The notes beneath the pieces were generated by a model. That model made no database searches and had not been told where the DNA came from. It saw nothing but the letters and a program-made list of their open reading frames with translations. A DNA stretch of 64,000 bases from Ramazzottius varieornatus (taxonomy: Eukaryota > Animalia > Tardigrada), in NCBI GenBank assembly GCA_001949185.1, contig BDGG01000002.1, forward strand, positions 7,058,448-7,122,447. The letters are read 5' to 3'. The translations under genes were made by a program, and so were the position numbers. Shown piece by piece: positions 50,201 to 60,400 of the stretch; within the stretch, counting starts at the first letter, position 1; the number at the start of each line of letters is the position of its first letter.

Positions 50201-53200
50201 CCATCGTGGTGATGGCAGGATTAGGTCCATTCATCAGAATCTTTCCGTTGAAAAGTCTACTAGTAGTTGGAGCTTAGTGAAGCGGCGACTATCAGTCGTG
50301 GTCTGGTGCTCTTAGCGGAACGGTTATTGCCTGACCATACGCAACCTTTGCCGGTTCAGAAAAACAGATGAGCGTTAACTTAACGTTGTGATATCGTCAT
50401 TGTTCAAATTGCAGATTGTTTGGTCCCCTGGCCAGCAGGAAGATAAAGGAAATGAGATCAAAACCATAGTAATATTGTCCGTCGTAATGAGCGTATTTAG
50501 AGTACCTGTTGCAACGCTATCTTGAGGAAGTGGCTCGGCCTCGGACCTTCCTTTGTGAAGCTTGGAAAATGAGCCGGTCTTTACGTTTATGCACATTGTG
50601 CAAAATCTAAAGCAGGCTGAATAAACTCGATAAATTTACTAAAGCGCGAAACTAAATAACCGGTTAAGTTCGAGCCGGAAGTTACGTGCGTCTTTACCGG
50701 CTGTTTTTAATGGTGTCTATTGTTTCTTTGTAGGCTGAAGCCGAGGTTGCCGCTCTCAATCGTCGCATTCAGTTGCTTGAGGAAGATCTGGAGCGAACAG
50801 AGGAACGATTGAAGTCCGCTACCTCCAAACTCGAAGAAGCATGCGCCGCTGCTGATGAAAGCGAACGGTGAGACAAGGTTTCTCGAACCTTTAGACATTA
50901 CTAACAATTGTCCGGAAGTGGCTACTAACAAACGCAGTATCAGTCTTTCGCGGCAGTTGATTTTGAGGAAGTTCAAGTTCATGACTCTTCGAACCGTAAT
51001 CCCTTGAGTACCCTAACCTGCATGTCTTACCTTTCCCCACCAGTGCCCGAAGAGCCCTGGAAAACCGGTCAAATATCGAGGATGACCGGATAACACAACT
51101 TGAGACCCAGTTAGCACAAGCCAGAGCATTAGCAGAGGAAGCCGACAGAAAATATGAAGAGGTATCCGCCTTCAAAATTTCGTTTTCTGAAATCAACCTA
51201 AAAACCTATCCGTAACAGCATGCAACACCTGAATGCACCCTCGACCAATTTGGTATAGTCCACACTCATTTTTGTTCCGCCCAATCCCCAGATCAGGTAG
51301 TTCTCTATACTGGAGGTACGAGTGATCTACTAACAGCACCCGATATTTGAACGGTTAACTTGGTAGTGTGCGAAAGAGCCTCGAACAACGCTTTTCGATG
51401 GACGATCTGCGTGTGGAGCAGCTGGAAGAACAGTTGAAACAAGCCAGAACTGTGGCCGAAGAAGCGGAGATCAAATACGACGAGGTAGACTTCGAGTTCT
51501 TCCCCGTTAACGTTTCACCAGATCCCTCCCTTGCTAAAACTGTAGTGCGAACGCGGAAGGTGGCTTTCAGGGAATGGGTTGCAGGGAGAGCTTTGGGTTG
51601 GGGCTATGCTTTGGTGCTGTGTCTGTATGTGTTGTAATTAGCGTACTTGGCTATGCGAGTGGTGATATCATTGCGATATTCTACGGTGGTGGGTCTTGTG
51701 TAGCAATCGCAAGGTGTTGGAGAACCGCAGCGCCACTGATGAAGATCGTTGTGCTATGCTGGAAGTCCAGCTGGCCGAAGCCAGACTCCTGGCTGAGGAT
51801 GCTGACCGCAAGTACGACGAGGTGGCCCGCAAGTTGGCTATGGTTGAGGCTGACTTGGAGCGAGCTGAAGAACGTGCTGAAGCCGGTGAATCGTAAGTAT
51901 ACTACAGTACTTCCGACTCCTCCGAGTTACCGTAGCTTTCAGCCACTGTTCAGCTGGTCGTCGTCGTACTAACCGCACTAGTCAAAGGCATTAATCAGAC
52001 AATCAGCGTATAGCATGGGTGTTGCATCTGCATGGATATTTCAGCGGCAAAATAACCGATCCACGATATCGTATGGAAAATGGGACGTCGGCGAATGGAC
52101 TGAATAATTATGATCGTTATCCCAAGTGACGCACGTTTATCCTGTTGTTGGCTGAGGTGTGCGCCAGCTGGAAAACGGATCATGTGTAAATCCTTTGCCG
52201 ACGTTCCAAATGCTACCTTGGATAACGACCAATTATCTGCTAATTTTCCCAGATCAACCATTTAATATTTGTGGCATGAACATTAACATTTGACTCATCT
52301 GTGTCTCTTTCTCTTTAACACTCGTCCAGGTTGCACGCAAACTAGTCATGGTTGAAGCCGACCTTGAGCGCGCCGAGGAGCGAGCGGAAGCCGGAGAAAT
52401 GTAAGGTGGTCTCTTGTCTTTGCATGTGATGATCTCTCTCACCAGAAACTAACCTGTTCGGTCAGACTCGACCTCAGTGTTGTCTAGTACTTGTCCATCG
52501 AGCGTTCTTGCACTTGTTTACCTTGTCTAGCCTCCTCATTAAAATTTCCCGATGGGTATGTCTCTCATCACTTGTCTTTGCCAACGTCTAGGAAGATTGT
52601 CGAACTTGAGGAGGAACTTCGAGTTGTCGGTAACAACTTGAAGTCGTTGGAAGTGTCGGAAGAGAAGGTAAATACATCGATCCTCTTGTTGACTAACGTG
52701 ACTTGTGCTGGCTAACCGGCGGTTCTGTCTTTCAGGCACTTCAACGTGAAGACAGCTATGAAGAGCAGATTCGCGTGATGACCACCAGACTGAAGGAGGT
52801 ACGCACCACGCAGTCAGTTTTTATTGTGTGGAGTCCGTTGTTTCAAGACAATTGTCTTCTTATGTAGGCTGAGACTCGCGCTGAATTTGCTGAACGATCA
52901 GTTCAGAAGTTGCAGAAGGAGGTCGATCGTCTCGAAGGTGAGTTTTTTGTGGGCGAGCATTTCATGGGCTCTTGGTTGTGGGCTTTCGCTTCTCTCGATG
53001 TTCTCTTCGTGCATTGGTATTCGTTCTTCACTCATGCTGCATGCTTTTCGTGTCGTGTTGCTGCCGTTTCGTTTGTTTCCTAATAATTATTCACTTCCGC
53101 ACTGACTGTCTGGAATGTCTAACGAAACGTTGTTGTCACTAATATGTTTGTACCTTGTCCCATCTAGACGAACTTGTGGCCGAGAAGGAGAAATGCAAGG

Positions 53201-53589
53201 CACTAACAGAAGAGATGGAGTCCACACTTCAGGATATCCAGTCTATGTAGATTTATATATGTTATGCATGGCACTCACCGGTTACACTGTACCATATCAT
53301 GTATGTTGGCCTTTGTTATCGTTCATTTGTTGGAAACTCTAGACGTACCTGAACGAATTTGTTGTCGCACTGTTCAAAACTGACAGATTGTTGGGACAAA
53401 AATAATCGTTTTGTTATTGAACGTAATTCAGAATTTTAGAAAAATGGTTTTTGTGGTTCTTTCGTCGTATTGACACGCTATAACCTTGTCTCGTTGTATC
53501 TTACAGACGATGTCGTTCACGAGAAGGAACGCTACAAGACCATCTCCGACGAGCTCGATCAAACCTTCAGCGAACTGTCGGGCTATTAA
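44269..53589 (+). CDS. Tm1: Tropomyosin, alternatively spliced locus
   Basis: Exons 44269-44382 ([18 protein letters not shown]), 44468-44593, 50734-50867 ([21 protein letters not shown]), exon 4/5 variants, 52592-52667, 52736-52798, 52868-52937, and last exons 53168-53250 or 53507-53589. Exon sizes 114/126/134/118/71/76/63/70/83 are canonical for tropomyosin. Confidence 0.97.
45852..46142 (+). CDS. Candidate atypical alternative first exon of tropomyosin (97 aa low-complexity head)
   Basis: ATG in gatATGG context with an in-frame upstream stop. Ser/Arg-rich peptide ending ...[19 protein letters not shown], then a phase-0 GTAAG donor compatible with exon 50734. Confidence 0.6.
47823..47963 (+). 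CDS. Tm1: Tropomyosin alternative first exon (short, non-muscle-type isoform)
   Basis: [47 protein letters not shown] followed by a phase-0 GTAAG donor. Confidence 0.92.
51044..52400 (+). CDS. Tm1: Tropomyosin alternative exon block: 4a 51044-51161, 4b 51367-51484, fused 4c+5a 51704-51892, 5b 52330-52400
   Basis: Three paralogous 118-nt exon-4 sequences (ARRALENRS.., VRKSLEQRF.., NRKVLENRS..) and two 71-nt exon-5 sequences ([28 protein letters not shown]), all with matching phases. Confidence 0.9.
52081..52208. mobile_element. Palindromic MITE-like element copy (tropomyosin intron between exons 5a and 5b)
   Basis: TGGGACGTCGGCGAATGGA..GATCGTTATCCCAAGTGACGCAC..GTGCGCCAGCTGGAAAACGGATC..TTTGCCGACGTTCCA. 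Confidence 0.8.
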
Positions 53590-54377
53590 GCTACTACTGT
53601 CTTCATTTTCCACTCTTGTCGTCTTCACTTTGTGCCGGTTCCAGCAAGTACCGGCTGTCATCAGTAAAGAAGCTAGCTTGTTTGTTTATGAACGCAGATT
53701 TTCTTTTTACTTACGCGCTACCCTTGTTTATGTTTTATTATTCATTCAGTTCGTGCATTTTGCGACTTATTCAATCGCCCTGTCAACATTTGTCCTTCCT
53801 TTGGTAGCGTATAGGCTAATAGCGTTCAAGGTCTGTTTATCGAGCAGCTGCGTGTGTGCGCTCCTTCGGCTGTTTATGCTTCCCTTGACATTTTAGAGCT
53901 GCATAAAATCGGGATAGAGGTGCGCCATTTTGTAATTGCAAATAGCATTATTCTTCATCATGATTACTGTTCGCCTTTTTTGCACATAACTGCAGTTTTT
54001 GACCTACTGATTTACATATGCTGGTGACGGTGATTGATATGTATTCTCGAAACTTACCCGAATACGTGTTCCGTAAGATCTTACGTACCAAGGATGAGAC
54101 GGTGTGGTCGCAAAATGGGTCTTCTGTGGGAGTAGCGGCGGTTGCGGTTCTATCGGGTACCACACAAGGGTTCAAGAGAGGTTCGGAATGTCGCAACCGG
54201 AAAGATTTGTTCTGCCCATTCCTTGCTATTCGAGGGAACCGTTACCTAAGCTTTTCGAGGAACCACAAAGAAGGACTGTTTCTTGCTGTTAACTTAGTGT
54301 GGATATGACGGTCTACGTCACTGCGGAAGGCGGACTTCTTTGTTTGACTCAGTTCCAGTCAACCAAGCTTTACAGTA

Positions 54378-55019
54378 CGAGGGAAAGGTTGTTGAGTTAG
54401 CCGGCCTATGTCGAGGTTGTTCAGTTAGCCACATATTTTCGCCTCTTATCAGTGACTAATACCCGAATTATTTCGGATGGATCGATAGAGAAAATGAGGG
54501 GCTGCCGGATAATACTATGTGTAACCGAAGTTGGGTTCTGGAAGACTTCATATTTTAGAACGCTTGAATCCCATGTTACAGAGCCTGGACCGGAAATGAA
54601 CTCGAGGCCACTAGAGGCGCTCGCAGCGTAAATTTAGTTGACGACGTGACTTGATTTTATACGACAGGGCCAAATTCCTGAGGGATAATCGGCCCTATGA
54701 TTTGAAGCGGGCTCCGCTGTTTTACCTCTTAATCAGTATTCTGACCTCGATATTATTTGTTGTATTGAATAACCACTAAGAAGGTTTTAGGGAAGTGTGA
54801 TGAGCTGGTTGTGCGATGGATAGTTCAGTCGCGAAGATGTCAAAATCTACGTACTGTGTATTTGACGGTATGGTGTCCACTACACCGCAGTTTGAAAAAG
54901 CGCTATTACGTATACCACGACTCAAGGCTATAGCACTGCCTGTGCTCCACCACATACCGCAAGGGTGGCTAACTCAACAACCGCAGCATGGGGCGGCTAA
55001 CTCAACAACCTTTCCCTCG
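54378..55019. mobile_element. Non-autonomous Tc1/mariner-type element (~642 bp)
   Basis: 55-bp terminal inverted repeats at 54378-54432 and 54965-55019. The outer 26 bp are perfect (CGAGGGAAAGGTTGTTGAGTTAGCCG) and 49/55 match overall. TA flanks both sides. No transposase ORF inside. Confidence 0.85.
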
Positions 55020-56230
55020 TACTCAAATCAACCCACAACAGACTAGTTACGTCATCCCCGAAATTTAATCACATTGGTCAGCATCAAATCAAGAGTCAAT
55101 TGATCCGGCAGGCGTAACCTAGAAATCATATTATAGATCGGAACTTGGAAGCCTTTCACTCTGTGGATCTCTCACTCCTGAGTCCTGGACCCGTGGTCGT
55201 GGGTGCTAGTCTGCTACTGGAGGATTATCGTGAGGTGTTATCTGAAGAGGGTTGGTTGGCAGCTGCGTTTAGAACCTCACGTCGTTTGAACCGTACAGAA
55301 TTGTGGAACATCGGTGGAAATCGCGAGTATCCGACCGAAATCCGAACTTTCTCTTCCAGTAAGTTGACTCCATGATGTCTCCTCCTAGATTCTGACTATT
55401 GCTTATTGAAGTGTCTTTTATCTGGAACCTGTGGGTAGCTCTTCGATCCGAACGTAACGTACGACAACGGAAGTCTGAGGTGGAACATCAGTAAAGGTTG
55501 CATCTTTAATAAGGATCGCTTACGACTCGCTGCAAGTTGGAGAAAGCTCATCCTCGGACCTCGGCTGCCAAAGGAGCAGAAGGCACTCACCGAACTGCTG
55601 CGTTAAACTCCGTGTCATTTCGGGTTAATCCTACGGCAATTTAGTAGGTGTGCGAGTTGGTTCTGATGGCGGCAAGTCGGGTGGGTTCAGTTGTTTACTT
55701 CGAACTGAACGAACTGCCTTATCGATCGACGATCGCCCCGATTCTCCTGCTTGGGCAGACAACAAAATTAATGTTCTTTTGATTAATAGTGAAGCGTTTC
55801 TCGGTTTCGGCGATGCTTGGGGAGGAGCACGTCCTCGACAGCTGCGACGGATATTCAGATCAGGATTGATACTACGCCAATATTCTTCTTGATTTGCTTC
55901 CCGACGATGGGACCGTTCGCCGACTGCAATCATCTACATCGATTTATCGGACACGCTGCCAAAAAGCAGGATTGGCGTCACGGCTCGCGTATGTTGATAG
56001 TCAAGAAGGGCCTCTCACAGACGCCTCGAGGAACTCAAATTTACGAGTATTGAAAATTAATCTTTTTTTTATTTTGCAGAAAGGCTCCGCCGTCACCACA
56101 AGGGAAGTGTGGATAAGTGAAGATCTACTAGGTAAAGGAAGATCCACAGCGAAGTAAGCTAAGCCACCGACGCGCAAAATTCTATCGTAATGTTTATCAA
56201 CGCAAAAACTAGAAATTTCTGATAGATAAC

Positions 56231-56358
56231 TGGGAACGATGCAAAGAAACTGGACATGATCATACTGTCAAGTGAGGCACTGCTTTTAGCCTGTGGTACC
56301 GGAGGAGTGCGCCACTCGACAAAGCAATAATGTGCTATTCGGGTTGGCCGTGAAACAT
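56231..56358. mobile_element. Palindromic MITE-like element copy, degenerate
   Basis: TGGGAACGATGCAAA..GATCA..TGTCAAGTGAGGCAC..GTGCGCCACTCGACA. Confidence 0.55.
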
Positions 56359-57408
56359 TCGGGCATCAGGCTTTTAGCGCTGGAAAATAGCGGTAACGAC
56401 TATGTGTTACAGAGCGCTCCCCATTATTGGTAGTTTGCTGGGATATGTTCTGGTGTAGCATCAAGTGTAACGACTAAACCAACCGATCATTTGAGGGACA
56501 CAAGCCCTGCATTGCGCTATTTGTGATGAAAGGAGGGATTAGGTTTCCCGTCAGCGGCGAGTGGGTTCGCGGTTGTGTATCCAACTCAACTGTGCGGTAG
56601 CAGAACACACAGCCTGTTACGTAGTTCAAGATCGATTTGGTTCACGTACGAAAAAACTGTTTGGTCTGTGGTGTGTGTATCTTCCTTCCCCTGGACGGTC
56701 TGCAACTTTGCATGCCGCCGCTCTGCTTGCTCAGTATCGGAGTTTGTCCTAGCTTAAAATGTGGGTTCGCTCCGCCCGAAGGCTCGTGTTCGCCGTAGCC
56801 AGCACTTCTTTCCTTCTATCCATCCACATGGCTTTCACGATCAGTCTCACGATCTACTGTCCAAATACTTGGATGGCTCCAGCGACGGATTTGTCACGGC
56901 TTCCCATCCTATCAATGAAATCCAAAGCATCACAAGCAGCCACACATAATGTACAACCGCGAAGTACCCGCGCGATACTTTCTCTGGCTCTCGTACAATT
57001 TTCTCCGGAAGAGAAGTCTGTCTAGATAGTCGCAAGGCTTACATCATCATTCTTTACTGTCGGCAGTCTCTTCCTTTTTCCATAGGCATTAGCTGCATCA
57101 TGACGCTTCTTTCATGTATCTTCCCCTCGCTTCCGGTCGGGGCTTCTGTGATCGGCTTGATGGTTGTAATAGTGTGCTGCTCCATCGTTTGTCCAGACAG
57201 GGCTTCGTGCGATTTTTATCACATTGGCTGGAATAATATTCTGATGGTGATGATGCTTAATTATGCCCTCTGATCTCGAACCCTGTGATTTCGATAGTGC
57301 TCTTATTACAGTTGTTTGGCGGCGTAATGAAACTGAGGATTGTCTTGTAGTGTGGTTGTTGAGGGCGGAGTAGAGGATTTACTGGATTAATTGGCCATCA
57401 CTGTATGC

Positions 57409-60400
57409 ATGGATAGAGAGGATCCGCAAAACAAGAATGAGCTTCTCAATCAGACGCTACTACAGGACTCCCTCGACACTTCCCAGGTAAACGTAAAGCG
57501 GAGAGTGCCTTGTCGGCTTTGAGCTCTTTTTCATCCTCTCGTTTCAATGCCGGTGTGTTTCCAAACTGCTGCATGACTGAAGTTGGTCGATATGCATGTG
57601 GCATGTAAGCATAATGTGTGCGCTCACAATGGATTGCCGTTTGTCAGAACTCCCAGCTGTGTGTGTGCAACACTATGGGAGTTTTACAAGGTGTGTGTCG
57701 TGCGTGCCTTTAGTTTATACATAAGAGGTTCAATAAAATTTAAAGCTGCGTTCACCAGAAATTGTGTGGTCGTTCGATCTCTGCAAATTTTTGCATAATC
57801 TGGTGCATTTATCTGGTGCGTTTACCGCACCAGATAAATTTACCCCGTTTTGTGCTATCGGATCACCTGCCGGATTCTGCAAACCTTTCTGTTTTCTCAC
57901 CGGGTTTCTATTTTTGATAAAAGTTACCTTGCACTCTGTATTCCCTGGGCCTTCACACAATCACACTAGTTATTTCTATTTGTCAAAGCGCTAAAAAGTC
58001 ATCTATCCCAAATATTCGAAAATGCATCTTCACTGCATTTTCACCGTCGGGCGGGGGTAGCGTGCGAATAACATCAAAAAATGCTTAAGTTTACAGTTTT
58101 GCATGCAGTCAAGACCGTTTACGGGCAACACCACAATGAGACTCCAGTCCACATTTCATTGTCTGACGAGCGCTGCACACTTTAGGGAGAAGGCTGAGAA
58201 TAGCCTTCTCGATGCAGACGATAATTATGCGCCGGTAACTCGGGGTCCGTTGTGGATCACGAGTCAAGGTGTTAACGAATGCGCAGATCCAGCCTAGCTT
58301 GTCTGCGCTACGTTTATCGCAATGCTTATCCGGAGATTTCACTTCAAGCACATTCCGAAAAAAATTGGTGATAAGCCGGTTAGTTAGAAGCGTTTTCAGG
58401 TATATTCGTGTATTCGACCTCATTTCCATAGCAAGTATTTTTAGTTGCTTGCCGCACTGTGTTTTAGGCGTTGTTTCAGGTTTTTATTGTCATGCACGTC
58501 AGGTTTTGTCGCCCGTTTCAGATTCGGGTACGATAGCGACCCTTAAAACAAGAAAGTAAGGTATGGAAAGTATCGGGAACTTGGCCTTTGGGAAAGCTTA
58601 TCCGCAATCGATGAAGAGTCTCGAATTTTGTGACGTTTAGTTAGCAATTTCTGTCAGTGCATAAAATGGCAAATGGGGAGACGGAACTTGACAGGGTTAG
58701 GAAGTTTGCCTGCTGAGGAGCAAGGACGACAGGAAGTGTGAGAAATTTGTGACGGGCAACCAGAGGTCTCTACTGTCTTTCAAGGATAGAAACCAGGCAG
58801 CGTTGTCTGTTGAGCAGCATCCACTCCACGGTCATCTCATCCTATCCCGTTCCCTTTCTCTGGTTCACAGCAAAAGCCTTATCGGCAACTAGACAGGCAG
58901 AGGCAATAGCAGAAATCAATCTGCAAATCGGTTGGTCTGCGGATCGTCGCACTTGGGTCGCGCAAGTGCATGAATGCAAGGGGATGAAAGGGAGATCATT
59001 TGAGGGCGGCATGCAAAATCTACTTAGGCCTTGTTCGATCTCGGCGCCGAGATTCGCCCAATTGTCCCATCGAGGCCCAGCTTTCATCCTCCGATCCTAG
59101 CTCGATCTCTTGCTTGTGTACACTACCATTCATGATGGACGTGCCTGTGGCCTTGTTACTTTTGCATGATTGACGTCAGCCTGACGGAAGAAAGTTTGAT
59201 CGAAGGAAGAACGAAGGGATCGAAGCGTCTTTTCCCCTTGACATTCTTATTAGTCCATGTCTGTTTGGCCAGCTTTGATCGGGCTTCTATGAATATAATT
59301 GGCACAAGTACATAACACTCTGAAGTGAGCAATGTCACTGACGCACAAGCTTCTTGTTGCTCCCTGCTCTGAACTTCATGTAATGGGGAAGAAGAGTCGT
59401 GAAGAAGAGCGCCATGATCGAAATCGATCGCGGCCAGAGACTCTCTCCCTACACACATCGTCGATCACCATTCGCTTCGCGGATTACGCCAGCATGGAGT
59501 GAGCAAGGCCTGCATGTTTGCGCAAGGCCGTCAAGAGTAACAAAGTCGCCACTTCCGGGTCGTTCCAGGGCGAAAAGTTTTGGAGACAAATGCTGGTGTT
59601 GGGTTGCGCCATGGCGATTATAGAGATCAGATCGATTTACCCCAAAGTCTTTCGCAAACTCGTCAAAAGGCTTTCGTCACTATCTGCAAATGTTCCGTCA
59701 GCAGCTGTTTTCTATCTGATCAAGAGGTCTCCTTTCAGGGTTGTTTTCTGCCCGTGACTACGAGTTCCCGTGAAATAGATTAAAGAAAAGTAGTCAACCT
59801 GAATCAATGAAGAATCGTTAGAGGAATGTTCAATTAGAGGCTTGATTGCTCATCAAAGTTCCCGAAGACAAGTTCTTGCTATTTGGCGTTACATCACTGG
59901 CAGCATGACGATCTATAAATAAGGACCTTTGCGCGCTAATGATGTGATAATATGTTACGTTGCAGGTTGTAGGACAGAAGTCGGGTAATCAGTCAGCAAA
60001 CGATGCTGTAAACAAGTTCTTACAGAAAACTGTAACAAACTCCCTGTCCTGAGTGTCCTCCCAGAACGATTAATCTCACAGGCTCGTCTCATAAGAGAAA
60101 ACATACGAACACACGTCGTATCATTATACAAAAAATGCCCTACGGAGAATCTCTGGAATTAGGGACGAACGTTTCTTGTTACGTTTGCATAGAGTTTGCA
60201 TGCGGCCCAAAGTCTGTAGGAACCGATTGGCATTAGAGAACGAGCAAACTCTGGAATCTGGGTACTGTAGAGCGACTTGTGTAAAGTCAGCATTGTATTC
60301 CGGGATCATTGAGGATCCTCTTGAAGACTTTGCTGTATTGATATTGTTGTAATCGCATCATCTGTGCGTGACGATCGAGGTCCACACATGTGTCAGGCAC

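Noticed and set aside
55145-55606. Possible two-exon small gene
   Set aside because: The splice phases of the two open frames do not match, and there is no start codon context or motif.
56847-57200. RWSST and YLDSR motifs on the minus strand suggesting a hAT transposase
   Set aside because: Very short motifs separated by stop codons, indistinguishable from chance.
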